DNA of 64,000 nucleotides from the human T2T-CHM13v2.0 reference genome, Homo sapiens. A program made the translations under genes and the position numbers. How positions within the stretch are numbered: position 1 is the first letter of the stretch; the number at the start of each line of letters is the position of its first letter. Under the pieces are notes generated by a model that worked only from the letters and a program-made list of their open reading frames with translations, was not told where the DNA came from and did not search any database. The stretch lies in the NCBI RefSeq assembly GCF_009914755.1, contig NC_060925.1, one strand, 5' to 3'. Shown piece after piece: positions 13,351-27,144 of the stretch.

Positions 13351-14640
13351 GAAAAACACCCCTTGGAGACAAGCTACCAATTCCAGAGCTTTGTAAGGAA
13401 CTTCCCCACCACACCAGCATCCCCATGCAGGAAGCCTTTGTCCAACATGCATTCATGAATGTTTATTTACCAGAACTCAGCTGAGACAGCTCCAACACCT
13501 GCTGGACCTAGAACAGGGAGGATGGCCCATCTCATCCCATCTCATCTTTCCTGAGGGGCCTCAGTCCCAGCCCCACTGGCAGCAAAGGATTAGTGGGGCC
13601 ATTTGGGCACCAGGGAACTCAGCTGGGACTGATCTATCCAGCATGCAGAGACGGCTCCACCACAGACAGGCCAGCCTTGGGGTCCAGCCTCTCTCCATCC
13701 CTCTCCTGAGCCAGCACTCACTTTGCTTGGCTACCTCAAGAAAGAATCCTAAGCTGGCAAGTCAGGCAGCCTGGGGCCAGGAGGTCTTGCACTGTCCAGG
13801 TGGCGGGATCACACTTTCCATCCCCCAGCCTCCCTCTCCTCCTCTGTACCCTGGCAATGAAGGGCAAGGACTGTGATAATTAAACATGACAAAATCAGAG
13901 AAAGCCCCAAGCCAAAACTCCCATTCGAGGTGCATCTCCCACACACCAGGAACTTGACAGATGGCATCATAATTCACCCTCCTGAAAATACCTCTGTTGT
14001 CCCTCCTTTCCAGTTGAGGGAACTGAGGCTCATAACGAGTAAATTCCATGCTCAAACCACACTAGGAGCCTGAGGTGACTTGGAAATTAGACCGGTTCCA
14101 AGGTCTTTGCCTTCACTGGCTCCCAGCAGTGCACATGGCACATCACCGTGAGATTCCAGCATCTCACCCTCCTCCCACTTGCCATAGAGACCACACACCT
14201 GTCCCCCCAGTTCAGCAGCTCCAGCTGTGTCCTTCCTTCTCCAGCAAACGCCACAGGTCCCGGGTTAATTGCTGGCTTGAGAGCAGGGGAGGGAGGCCAA
14301 AGTGCGCAGCAGTGCAGACGGTCCAGGCAGGAGCAGTAAACTCTGCAGGTGCATTGCTGCAAGCTCCACGTCTGCCCTCTGCCTCACTAATTGGCACTTC
14401 CTTGTTAGAGCCATTTCATTGAGATGGAAAAATACATACATGTGTGGATGTGGTGGGAATCTGCTAGGAAGGCAGAAATATCAAAGTAAGGTGGCCAACT
14501 CCTTTGGAGAGCTGCAAAAATGGGAGACTGGGACAGACAGGGCAGGGGTGAGAAGGGATGCAGCCAGAGAATTTGGTGTGGTTCAGTACTTCCCCTCCAG
14601 TGGCAGACAGATCTGAATGAGAAACTCTCCAGGAATTCAC

Positions 14641-14756
14641 GGGAATCGCTTGAAGCCGGGAGGTGGAGGTTGCAAATGAGCTGAGATCGCACTACTGTAC
14701 TCCAGCCTGGGCAACAGAGTGAGACCTTGTCTCAAAAAAAAAAAAAAAAAAAAAAA
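14641..14756 (+). mobile_element. 5'-truncated Alu (part of right arm) with poly-A
   Basis: 'gaatcgcttgaagccgggaggtggaggttgca..gagaccttgtctc(A)n'. Confidence 0.9.
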
Positions 14757-15099
14757 GGAGATATTTGTTATGAAGCAGGAGCCTGCAGCATCCACAGGTC
14801 CTCAGCTGGAGGAGATGCAAGCCAGCCATACAAAAAATGTGTCTTTCTCACATCCTCTCTCATGCCCCACACACAGTGTCCTTCAGGGGCTTCTAGGGGC
14901 CAGCATCGGCCCCTGACTGCTCCTGACCATAAACACCCAGTGGCAGGTTCTGTCTGTCATCTTGGAGAGCAGAAACAATTTGGCTCTGGTCACCAAAGCA
15001 ACTCAGCATCCAGACCCCAAGAGGGAGAAGAAGAGGGAGTGGGCATCTTCCATTCATCCACTCACCCACCCACCCACCCATCCAACTCAATAAGCACTG

Positions 15100-15450
15100 A
15101 GCGATTCTCTCCTTGGGCTTTTGCACATGCTGTTCCCACTTGCTAGAATGCTTTTCTCTTTGGGTGCCCACATGGAAGATTCTTCTTATCATTCAGGTCC
15201 TAGCTCAAATGCTACCTCTTCAAAGAGACCTTTCCTGACCATCTATTTAGAGCACTTTTTCTCCAGCCCTGGGTTTAACAGCTTTCTTGGCACTTGCTTC
15301 TCTCAAAATGATCTTGTGCCTTCATTTTAGTCCTTGATTACTGCTGAATCCTCCCTCTCCCAATAGAAAGCAAGCATCACCCTTACTGCTGCGTTCCCAG
15401 TGCCTAGGGTGCTGCGGGGCACAGGCATGGGTGAGTGAGTGGGTGGACCA
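15100..15450 (+). mobile_element. L2 fragment
   Basis: 'ttgcacatgctgttcccacttgctagaatgc..ctcaaatgctacctcttc..ccttcctgacc'. Confidence 0.75.
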
Positions 15451-15454
15451 GTGA

Positions 15455-16145
15455 TTGTCACTTGCTGTGCACCTGCCATCTGCTGGGCCCTGTGCTAGGG
15501 ACCCCCAGAGGAATAAGAGTGGTTCAGTCCCTGTCCACCACCTCCCCAGCAGCTCACAGGCCTGCTGCCACAGGGCAGGTGGCCTCCTTGTTTTAAGTGT
15601 GGTCACAAAGGCACCAGGAAAGCCTGTGATTTCAGAGAAGGCTTTCCATAGCCAGAGGCATTTAAGCTGAGCATTGAAGGAAGAATAAGAATTCCTCAGG
15701 CAGCCATGGGTCAAAGGGGATTCCAGGAAGAGGAATTTGCATGGCCCAGGCCCTGATGGAGAATGGGGAAACTACAAGTTGCTTGGTGGATCTTGAACTC
15801 AGGAGAGAGTGACGCATCCAGGTTGTCTGTTAAGATCTCTCGGGCAGCAGTGGTGTAAATGGATGGGAAGGAGGGATTCGGTGTGACACAAGGTGAGAGG
15901 AGAAAGAGGACGCTGTTGCAGGAGGCAGATGGAAACAGGAAAGGAGGAGAGGACAGATATGGGAGATATCAGAGTGTGGAAAGGAAAGGATTTGGGTGGG
16001 GTAAATGGAGAAGCACAGGATGGCATCCAGGGTTCTCTGCTGGGCCATGGGAAGGATTCCTGGGGTCCCCACTGAGCGAGGAAGCCAGAAGCAGGAGCCA
16101 GCGGGAGGAGGAATTCTGTTCTGGGTCTACTGAATTTGAAACGCC
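15455..16145 (-). mobile_element. L2 fragment (degenerate)
   Basis: 'gaaggctttcc..gaggcatttaagctgagcattgaagga..gaattctgttctggg..gaatttgaaacgcc'. Confidence 0.6.
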
Positions 16146-16236
16146 AGAGGGACCTCCTCCTCTCTCCAGCCCACCCTGTCCTTCCAGTACAGCCCACCTA
16201 CAGCAACAACAGAATCTGCTGGCTTACGGGGAGTAT

Positions 16237-16333
16237 GGCAGGGTTGAGGCAGGGGTGAGGCAGGGGCGAGGCAGGGGGCAAGGCAGGGGCAAAGCAGGGG
16301 CAAGGTAGGGGTGTGGCAGGGGTGAGGCAGGGG
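16237..16333 (+). repeat. 11-bp G-rich minisatellite (GGCAGGGGYRA)~9
   Basis: Nine consecutive units read directly. Confidence 0.85.
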
Positions 16334-17369
16334 CTCCTGTGTGGGTGTGGACAGCAGCCCCTTGATTTCCTCCCCTGGAGGTTGAAATGGAGGGAACCCA
16401 GAGACAACCTGGCCATTGGTCCAGCCTCTCATCTTCCAGGTTAGGAAACAGGTCTAGAGAGAGGAAGTAATTTTCTCACCAGTCGGGAAAAGCTATGTTT
16501 GCTGCCCTCACAAACAGTCCCAAATTATCAGCAAATGGATTCAAGCCACAGTACTTACTTCTCATTTATTTAACAAGACCAGGATAGATCCTCTGGGGTC
16601 TGTTCTGTGTCCTCCTCCAGGACCCATACTGCCCCAGTCATTGGGGCAAAGGGGAACAAAGCCCCTGGAGAGTCTCCCACAGGCAAGCATGATGCCCGGG
16701 TCACTTCCCAACTCATCGGCTGGAAGCAGTCCGTGGCTCCACTCGACCCCAAGGGAGCCAGAGAAGCTGTCTTCCATATACCCAGAAGGAGGGGGACTGG
16801 GAATGTTTGGGGACTGCACTGACGAGCCTGCAGCCCAGGTCACTAACAGAGCTGACTCAGTGCTGGGCAGCGTGCTGTGTTTCACAGACACCATCCATGT
16901 GATCCTCACCACAACCCTGCAGACACAGCACCATGACTGCCCCCATCTGCCAGTCCAGGGCCTCATGGCTCACAGCAGGGATGTCTTGGCCAAGATCAAG
17001 AGGTGGAGCTGGGGTTCAAACCCAGGGCTTCCACTTTTGGAGGACCAGAAAGAGAGTCTGGATGACCCAGAGGAGGAATCCAAGACTCAGCCTTACTCCA
17101 CAACCCTAACATGCTGCCAGTCTCCTCTGAGATCCGCTGTATTTTTCCTGAACACTGCAGCCAGCTCCACCCTCAAATCTCCAGGGAGTGATGGTGAGAG
17201 TGAATTTGATCTTAAAATCTGTCAAGTCGCACGTGTAGTGAGGAGAAAAGTCCCGTACACTTTCCAGGTGTTTTTATGGGAAAAGAACCATGCAAAGTCC
17301 AAAGTCAAGCTGCCTTCATAAGTGGGACGAGGCCAGTTGGCTGGAAAAATGACAGCTCCACACCAGCCC

Positions 17370-17520
17370 TCCGTGTTAATTGCATCACAGCCACTACCCC
17401 CAGCTGGAGAAACACAGATGCAATTAGCATGCAGCGCACGACTCTCTGGGGCCTATTCCATCAACACATTTGTCCGATGGCATTAACACCACCTAGCTGC
17501 CATCATTCTCACACAGCTGG
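17370..17520. promoter_or_regulatory. Candidate enhancer with inverted TAATTGCATC/GATGCAATTA pair
   Basis: 10-bp perfect inverted repeat at 17377-17386 and 17417-17426 in non-repeat DNA. Confidence 0.35.
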
Positions 17521-18459
17521 GCCCTCATGCTCTTAAAAAGAAAAACTCGGGATACTTTCTGTGCATAACCCTGGTTACCTGCCCAGATGTCTGCACTTCT
17601 CTTTTGCTCACCTTGTATCCCCAGCAGCATGCCAGGCATGTAGTAAATGCTCAATTAATATCTGCAGATGAATGAATGATGTTCCAAGTCTTCTAGTTTT
17701 ATGATTCACCTGCTCTTTAATATTCAAATGAAGTGGCTCCAGGCACCGGCAGATGACTACTTTTGCTCTGGCCCCTCATCTGGGAAAGGCTCAGTTTCAT
17801 CCACCTCCTCTCACATGGACTTTCTCTCCTCCCTTCCTCTGTTATCCCAAATGTGGGACATAGTGGCCCCCTTGCCTTGGTTCCTCCCAGCTTCCACCAG
17901 GACAAGGCACATGTGTGTGTCCAAAATTTGCTGAAGGTTTGGGTAGTGCTAATGAAGAAAAATGACATTGCCTGGAAATGGAAAAGCAGACATCTCTGCT
18001 ATGAAATTCCTTCTTCCAAGTCCCATGGATGGAAGGAACCTTGTCCTTATGAGCTCCCCAACCCCAGCCCTCTAGCCTCCCACCAGCTCCTCAGCCTCCC
18101 CCTCCTCCCCTCTCTTGCTCCTGGCCTCCAACCCCCAGCAGCCATCTGCTCCTGTTTCTCACAAAGGCAGCTGGCTTTCACTCCCCTCCCAGAGCTCCGC
18201 CAGGCCTGCTGTGACACCCCAAACCTCACACAGGCTCTGCCAAACAATCCGGTCTTCACCCTTACCAACCCAGAGCCCTGGGAGAAGCTCGGAAATTGCC
18301 TGGACAGGGAATTCCTGGGCTTGGCTCTTGGCCTATATGCGGGCTCTGTAGGTGGAGGCCTCAGTGCAAAGATGTATTCTCCCCTAGACACCAGTTGTGC
18401 CACCTCTGCCTCCTTGGGAAGCAGAAGTGGCTATGGTCTGGTTCGGGGAGTGTAAATGG

Positions 18460-18990
18460 CAATGCATTTAATCCTCACAATCACCATTTGAGGTGATGTC
18501 ATGATTCTTGCCATTTTCCAGATGAGGAGTCTGAGGCCCAGAGAAGCAGGTGACTTCTCCAAGATCATCAAGTTAGCAGGTGGCGGCACTGGGATTCAAA
18601 GGCAGCTCTGTGTGAGTCTGAGGTCCATGTGGCGCCTGCCCATCACACGGCCCACACCGTGCCATGTCATCCCATCCAAAATCCACATCCACTTAATAAC
18701 AAGGAACACGCAGAGGGCAGAGAGGTCTTCTCACCCAGGACTGAAGAGGCAGGGAGGCCTTTGGGCTCTGAATGGGAGAGAGGGGCAAAGCCAGAGGAAG
18801 GACCACCTTTGTGGGACACCTGCGGTGTGCCAGGCACCAGCTGGGCACGCTGCGCACAGTGTCCCATTCATCCTTGTGACGACCTTTTACTACCATGTTA
18901 CAGATGGGGAACTGAGGTCCACAGAAGGTCATGCAGCTTGTAAATGGCCAAGCTGGGACTGAAACAAAAGTCTGTCGGCCTCCAAGGCCC
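18460..18990 (-). mobile_element. Two MIR SINE fragments
   Basis: 'ccattttccagatgaggagtctgaggcccagaga' and 'catgttacagatggggaactgaggtcc'. Confidence 0.75.
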
Positions 18991-19475
18991 ACACTGCACC
19001 CCTCCATCTCAGCATGGTCTTCCAGGGCAACCGTCTCAAGGTCAGGCTGGGTGGGGAGGGGAGTCCACTCCCTGTTGTGGCAAATTCAGCTGGTGGACTC
19101 TCATCACAGCCCTGTTCTCACACAGTGCTCTGTGCAGACAGGTGGGGCCCAGACACTGCCAAGCAACTGGTCCACCCCACCTGCGTTCACTGCTTCCTGC
19201 AGCCAACAATGTGGAATTATTGCCCACCTGGCAAATCCACCCTTTAGGCCATTTCCAATCCCTCTGTCCCAAGACAAAGCCCCAGCATCCAGCTCCATGG
19301 GCTGCCACATCTGGTTGAGAAGTAAAATGCTTTGTTTCATCTACATGGCATAGGCTTTGCAGTCAGACCAAGGTCAAGTCCTAATTCCACAATAACAACC
19401 CAAGATAGCTGATGAGTGACTGCTAAATAGAGAACCAAGAGGCAAGGTTATGGATGCTAATGAAATCATAGAAAT

Positions 19476-19997
<522 letters not shown>

Positions 19998-20559
19998 CTA
20001 GAACTTGGCTCCTCCATCAGTGGAATTCACACTGGGTCCCAGGGAGCCTCAGACTTCACAGAGATGCCACAGGGAGGGGAGGCGAAGCCAGTCGGGCAGA
20101 GGCTTCATCGCCAGAACAGCTTTGCTTTGGTCTGCACCTGTTGGGGCTCCGTGTCAAGTTTTATTTGAAGAAATGGTTTGCTGCTTAAGGAAAAATCTGA
20201 AAGCCAAGGCACCGCTGCTCCAGGGAGAGGCCGTGGTGGCCTTTGAGGAATGAGAAGGTCAGGATGACAGTGGTTAAGCCTCAGGAAATCAACTACCCAA
20301 AAAGCGTGCACCTTATTTCATCTACAGAGTGCCCTCGCCTCCCCAAGGACCTTGTGCCTATTTTCTCTCCTCTGTCTTCTACGCAACCCTCCCTCACCGC
20401 CGGCTCTCTGCTGCAGGCCTTAACCCTTAAGACTTAGAGAATAGAGAAGCCATCAGATGCAAACCCACCATCATGTCTTCCTCCTGCCCCACTGCAGTTG
20501 CCCCCTCCTCTTATAGGGAGAAAGTCCCCCCCAACTCACTGAAAGCCAGTCTCTCCACC

Positions 20560-21955
20560 TGGACCCTGGGTCCCACTAGGAACCCCCTCCATGCCATATT
20601 TCACTTACCTCCCACGTCTTCAGTCTGTCCCCTTCCCGGACCCTTCCCATTAGCTTTCAGAAATGTTCTGCCCTCTCTCTTTTGTCAGGACACCTTCCCT
20701 TGAGCCCTCATGGCTCCCACACCTGCCTCTCTGTCTCCTCCCATCAGCTGCTTAGCCCCAACCCCAAAGGCCCCCACCCACCAACCTCACGTTGCCAAAT
20801 CCAACAGGCACCTGTCAGCCTACCCATCGGGAGCTCCCAGCAGCATTTGGCCGGTGGAGGTTCCCCTCTTCTTGCAACGTGCTTTCCCGGCATCTGCACC
20901 TCCCCTCCCTGGTCTCTCCTTCTCGGTCTCCCCAGCTGTCCCTGCCCCTCCACACAACTCCTAAGGAGTGGCCTTCAGGACTGGGCCTAAACCATTTTCT
21001 CCCGGAGTGATTTCCTCCATGTGCATGGCCTGAAATGCCACCTGCTCACTGATGACTCCGAAATTTCACCTGTGCATGAGGCACTGACAAAATCACAAGC
21101 TTGGTGTCTTTAATCTGTTTCCTGACCCCACCTGGATGTCCCAGGGGCACCTCAAACTGGCTGTAACCGGAACTTCTGATCTTGTCCTGGGATCTTCTTG
21201 GCCACCCCTCAGACTCCCCACCTCTAGCTTCTCCCACCCCAGCACTCTGTCCAGAAACCCACACCCTCTGCAGGCTGCCTGACCCCTCCGCTGGCCCTGC
21301 CAACCCTGTCTCCAAAAGCATCCTGGAACCATCCACTGAATCGCTGCCACCCCCACATAGCCCGAGCCACCATCATCTATGGCTCAGAACTGCACAGGCC
21401 CCAGCTGTGCCCTCTGCTTCCCCTCCAGCTCTCCCTCCAGTCCCTCTCCACAGGGCAGTCAGAGGGGCACTATGAAAACAAAATCTAGTTCGTGGGGCTG
21501 CTTCTCCCCACTTCAGCAGCTCCCTGACCCCGTAGTGTGGCTCTGAGGCTCTGCCGATCGGCTCTGCATCCACGTCCCTGGGCTCACCTCTCGCTCTTGC
21601 CGTCGACACATGGTACCCCCTTCAGCCAGGCATCCTCTTGCCACAGGGCCTTTGCACGTGCGAATCCCCCTTCCTGCCCCAGCTCCAGTGCCACTGGCTC
21701 ACTGTCCCTTATTCTCAGAGGTAGGAAAGTCTCAGCTCTAGATGAAGTCAAATGACCCCATCTTTCAACTTCTCCAAGGCCTTCCTCCCTTTAAACCAAT
21801 CCAAGCAATGTCTCCTTCCTCCCTGGACCGAGTGCATCATGATGAGGTCGAGAGCTCCATCCATCTCCTCGACATGATACCTGGCACTTAGCACTGTGCC
21901 CAGCACCGAGCTCATAATGGGTACCCAATAAATCCTCACTGGGTGAATAAGTGAC
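20560..21955 (+). mobile_element. L2 LINE 3' region (degenerate)
   Basis: 'cacctggatgtcccagggg-cacctcaaact', 'cagggcctttgcacgtgc', 3' end 'cacttagcactgtgccc..aataaat'. Confidence 0.7.
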
Positions 21956-22179
21956 TTAGAACAACCCTCAGAGCTCTCTAGGGGCTGCCTTGGGGCACAG
22001 TCAAGTGAGGAAGCTGGGCAGGAATTCTCTCCATTCTGCAGATGGGAATACTGGGGCTCAGAGAGGAGTGGCAACTTGCCCTCAGAAACACAGTTAGGAT
22101 ATGGTGGGCCATGACACCGAGCCAGGTCCAATCAGCAAGCCCTGGGGCTCAACCTATATAGATCCTGGTGACCTCCCTC

Positions 22180-22450
22180 CCACCTGACTTTGACAACCAG
22201 CTCCAATTAGAGTAGCATCATAAGCTGTGATAGATCCACAATTGGTTATAGATTTAACTAAGCAAACCATGTCCCAAACCGTCTATTGTGTAATTGGGTG
22301 CATAAGACACATTTTTCTTTGCCGTTCAGTTACAACTTAATTTGCCAGGTCAGCAGTTCTGCCTAAAGTCACGGGCAGCAGCCTGGTTATGAATATCAAC
22401 TGATTCTCCCAGCACTGCTCAATGAAATGGAATTCATCAGCACTTACCCA
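22180..22450. promoter_or_regulatory. Candidate conserved non-coding element
   Basis: Repeat-free AT-rich island with CCAATTAG, CAATTGG, GTAATTGG, CTTAATTTG and Sox-like TATTGT. Confidence 0.4.
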
Positions 22451-22954
22451 GGGATGAGTGTGACAGAGGAGGAAACTGAGGCACGGAGAGGGGAAGTGAC
22501 TCACTCCAGGCCACACAATCAGTAAGTGCTGGAGCTGGAACTGGAATTCAGCTCATGTCTCTCTGGCCTCACACCCGACACCTCCCCTACTGCCCCGCAC
22601 TACACATGACTGCTTCATTTGGTTTTGATTTTTTTTTTTGTAAATATAAGGCTTCTCTGAAACGAACTGCTTCCCTACATCTCAGGTCCAGAAAATAAGC
22701 ATCACTTTATATCCAACTAGATTGTAGCACTTAGTTACCATGTTTTTGGAGTTGTTTATACCCATCCCCTTTCTCTATCCTGCACTCCTAGCCTGTGACC
22801 GGGAGCTCCTGGTGGGGGCAGGGACTGTATTTATCTTGGCATCGAAGGTGCCCTGCACAAGTTTAACCTGAGGAAGCCAATCCCCACGGATGCTTCCTGG
22901 ATGGAGTCGTTACTTTCAGAGCAGTCACTTTGTATATTATTAATAGTGATGGCG

Positions 22955-23162
22955 ATGAAATATTTATGAATGAATGATGGGATGTTTGAAATTTGCTTTA
23001 ACTTAATAACGGACAAGAGGAGAGGATGGGGGTGTGAAGGGGACAGAACTGAAGAGGGGTTGGTGGCGAGTGGGGCTGGGGACTGGGTACATGGGGGTCC
23101 TTAGACACCCTGTCCGTTTTCATGGAAGTTCAAAATTCTCCATAGTCAAAATATTTTTAATT
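22955..23162 (+). mobile_element. Old L1M (L1MC/ME) 3' end
   Basis: 'gaaatatttatg..gatgtttgaaatttgcttt..gggtacatgggggt..aaattctccata'. Confidence 0.6.
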
Positions 23163-23739
23163 AAATATCCTTCCCAAAATAATACTAATCATGGCAATGG
23201 GAGTAGCTAAAAGTGAAGTAAATGTGATCATTTGTTAATCACTGCTCACGTGCCAGGCTCTGTGCTGAGATTCACACGTGTCAGCTGATTCCATCCTCAT
23301 GTCACTGCTATAAATATTTTGTCTGTGTTGCACCCAGGAAGCAGCAGGTCACAGACAGAGATCTAGAGATTCAAACCCAGACCTGTCAGGGACCAACGTC
23401 CACAGTCTCTACCCACAAGCCACATTGCACATGGCCTTGACGCTGTCAGTGATGGAGACATTCTGGCCTGTATTTTGGGAAGGGGCCTCCGAGCCAGCAC
23501 CTTTCCACTGGGGGCCTGTACCTTTATCCTTTAAAGGGAGTGATGCTGATTTTCTGAGTCATCCAGGAATCACTTGGAGCTAAAATCTCATGGGCCAGGA
23601 GGGCTGTCAAGCTGGACAAAACTGCCTTAGGCCAAGACAAGCAGCAGTCATGAGCGCCCGGGCCTCCTGGCGCCAGGCTGCCACAGCTCTTCCTCTTTAA
23701 TAATTCTGAAGTTCCTCCCGCCACAGGTGCCCCTGCTTC

Positions 23740-24430
23740 CACCCAGGTTCAGGCCTCAGCATTGCTCACCCAGGTCACCCTCTTCACTGGTCCACCTACC
23801 TCCCACCTGGCCACAGTCTGTTCTGACCTCCCCACAGTCAACGGAGACTCAGTCTAGAACCCAAAAGTGACGTACCCTATCCCTTCCCAAGCCCTGGGAG
23901 ATGAAGCCCAAATTCCTTAGCATGGCCCTGGGCAATCTACCTGCTCCCTATCCTCTTGCCCCTGACCTTCCAGCCTCATTTATCTTACTTGCCCACCTCT
24001 TACCACTCCCTGCCATGCATTCTCTTCCCCACCCCAGCCAGACCGGACAATCTGCAGGCATACAAAAGCCCCACATTCTCGTATCTGGATGGCTTTGCTT
24101 ATCCTATTACTCCATGTAGCTGGGACAACACTTCCCTCCTTAGCTGCTACCTCTCCCAACCTGACAAATGTCTAATCATCCTCTAAGACTCAGCTCAGGT
24201 GTCACCTTCTCCAGGAAGCCTTCCCTGATGCCCCAGGCTGGGGACAGGGGTATGTTCCTACAGCCCACTATGCTTGCCTCCAGCCCTGCACAGCAGCCTG
24301 GGTTATACACACCTGCTGCTCTGTCTCCCACTCCAGCCAGGGCACTTCTCCAAGGCAGGGACCCATCTCTGTGCCCCCAGAGCCTAGCACTAGGCCTATG
24401 ACACTGTAGCTGCTAAACAGAGCCAGGATG
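23740..24430 (+). mobile_element. L2 fragment
   Basis: 'aagactcagctcaggtgtcaccttctccaggaagccttccctga..gcctagcactaggcct'. Confidence 0.7.
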
Positions 24431-24674
24431 TGCAAAGGTAGCCCGGCCATTTAGTCTTTCTGAGCCTCGGTTTTCTCATCTGCAAAACAGGATTAATGGC
24501 ACCTACTGCATAAGGATGTTTGTTCACTCCGCAAATATTTATTGAGCTCCTATAATGTGCCAGTCTCTAGGCCCCAGGTTGATAGCTGAGAGCAAAGCTG
24601 GACGAATTCTCATGAGCTGACATTCCAGCAGGGGGAGACAGACAAGAAATAAGACAAACAAATACAATGTAGAG

Positions 24675-25157
24675 CAGCAGTCCCAAATTTTTGGCACCAG
24701 GGACCAATTTCATGGAAGACAATTTTTTTCAGGGACTAGGAGATGGGTGGGTGGGAAGGGATGGTTTTGGAATGATTTGAGCACCTTACATTTATCGTGC
24801 ACTTTATTTCTATTATTATTACATTGTAATATATAATAAAATCATTATACAACTCACCATAATGTAGAATCAGTGGCAGCCCTGAGCTTGTTTTCCTGCA
24901 ACTGGATGGTCCCATCTGGGGGTGATGGGAGACAGTGACAGGTCATCAGGCATTAGATTCTCATAAGGAGCTCACAACCTATATCCCTCACTGACGCAGT
25001 TCACAGTAGGGTCCGTGCTTCTATGGGAATCTAACACCACTGCTGATCTGACAGGAGGAGGGGCTCAGGCAGTAATGCTCGCCCCGCTGCTCACCTCCCG
25101 CTGTGCAGCCCCATTCCTAACAGGCCACGGACCAGTATCAGGAACTGGGGACCTCTG
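24675..25157 (+). mobile_element. MER1A (hAT-Charlie) DNA transposon
   Basis: TIRs 'cagcagtccc'/'gggacctctg', internal 'cattagattctcataaggag', degenerate 8-bp TSD atgtagag/atgtatat. Confidence 0.9.
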
Positions 25158-25213
25158 ATGTATATAGGATGTCACGTGGTAGTGATGAAAATCAATCAGG
25201 AAAAGAGCACTAG

Positions 25214-25753
<540 letters not shown>

Positions 25754-26009
25754 TAACCATGGTGATGAGTCCTGTACTCCGAGTTCAATGGGAACTCATT
25801 CTGAGCAGCGAGTGACACAATCCGATGGCTGGGCTGGCAGGGAGTAGGCGTGTGAGCACTCAGCCCGGTGTCGGCACACAGAGGTCCCTGCAGAAGCCTA
25901 GCTGTGGCTGTTCTTAGAGCAGCAAGCAGCGTTCTCGCCCTCATCCTGATTACTAAGGCATGAATAGTGCTGCTTCTGATGGCCGTTTCCGGAAACGTTC
26001 TGCACACGG

Positions 26010-26260
26010 GAGCTTCTCTTGAAAGAGCCTCGGCCCTCAGAGGCGGCTTCTTTGAAGGACAGCCGTGGTTGTAATGCGTGAACCCTGCTGCGCCTCTTTA
26101 GAGCAACACCAAAGTCTCTTTACCTGATGCAAAGGCTCCATGAGATGACTGGGGAGCCCTGCCTGGGAGCTATTTACAAGCTGGCTAGGGACAAGAGAGT
26201 TGAAAGAATGGCCGTATTGAGCAGAAGACTATACCACCAGGATGAATTCGGGGTAATCGT
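26010..26260 (+). repeat. Copy 1 of local ~230-bp duplicated non-TE element
   Basis: 26068-26208 aligns without gaps to 28063-28203 with about 13 mismatches (manual count). Confidence 0.9.
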
Positions 26261-26724
26261 GAGCCCCAGCGTGTGTAATGCGGGACGGGGGCAGTGGAGC
26301 CCAGTGGGGAGGTGCCTACTGGGGCTGAGATCATCGAGGGCGAATGAGGCTTCACCTCTGCCTAGAAGGTCTAGGGTGGGGGAGGGACAGCCTGGGCTCG
26401 CCAACCCACCTGTGCAGGCAGGCAGTGGAAACTTCTGCCAAGGAGATCACCCCTTGTGCCTGACCCTCTGACCCAGGACAGAGAGCAAGGACCGTGAAGA
26501 CCTTCTCCTGGAGGAGGATCGGGATGAGGAGAAAAAGGAAGACAGGAAGGAAGAGGGGGAGAATGGAGGGACTGCTTTTAGAGCAAAAGGTATCTGGAGG
26601 TGTCCGGCAGTCCGATGGAGGAGACAGCCCTTGTGCTGGGGAGCTCCCAATCTGATGGGGGAAGCACGCCACCACCTAACTCTTTGCCCTCTGCCTTCCT
26701 TCCTGGATGTATCCCAGAAGACTT

Positions 26725-26752
26725 ACGGGCGCCGGGGGCGGGGGCGGGGCGT
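26725..26752. promoter_or_regulatory. Tandem GC boxes (SP/KLF) in locally CpG-enriched segment
   Basis: 'cgggcgccgggggcgggggcggggcgtg'. Confidence 0.4.
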
Positions 26753-27144
26753 GAACCATCCAAAATGAAATATCTTCTTTCAGAAATTGAGGCCAAGAAG
26801 TGAAGCAAAAGCAGAAGGTAGCGACAGGTTGCTGACTTCTACAGAAGTTTTTCCTAAGGGGATGAGCGGGGTTTGTTTTTAAATTCAAGGAGAACCACAG
26901 GAGCAGAAATAACACGAACCTCAGCTAAACCCAGAGAAAGATTGGCCAGACTGCCGCAGCAGAGCTTTGTCTTCACATGGTTTGGGTATTTTTTCTAATT
27001 ATAAAGTTAAGATGTGCACTTTCCAGAGTCCAAAAAATGTATAACCAAGAAGACGGGGGAAGAGTCCCGTAACATTTGTTTGTTACCTTTCTTTCTCCTT
27101 TTTATTCTATGCATTTTAACATGGTTGAATCACGCTGCATACCT

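Noticed and set aside
16641-18455. Longest ORFs (226 aa at 16641-17321 and 230 aa at 17763-18455)
   Set aside because: No recognisable domain, non-ATG starts, overlap with MIR/LTR-like relics; ORFs of this length can arise by chance in GC-rich DNA.
22440-22455. Strong minus-strand splice donor (CTGG|GTAAGT)
   Set aside because: The upstream exon would fall in a MIR and I found no convincing acceptor; isolated donor matches are common.
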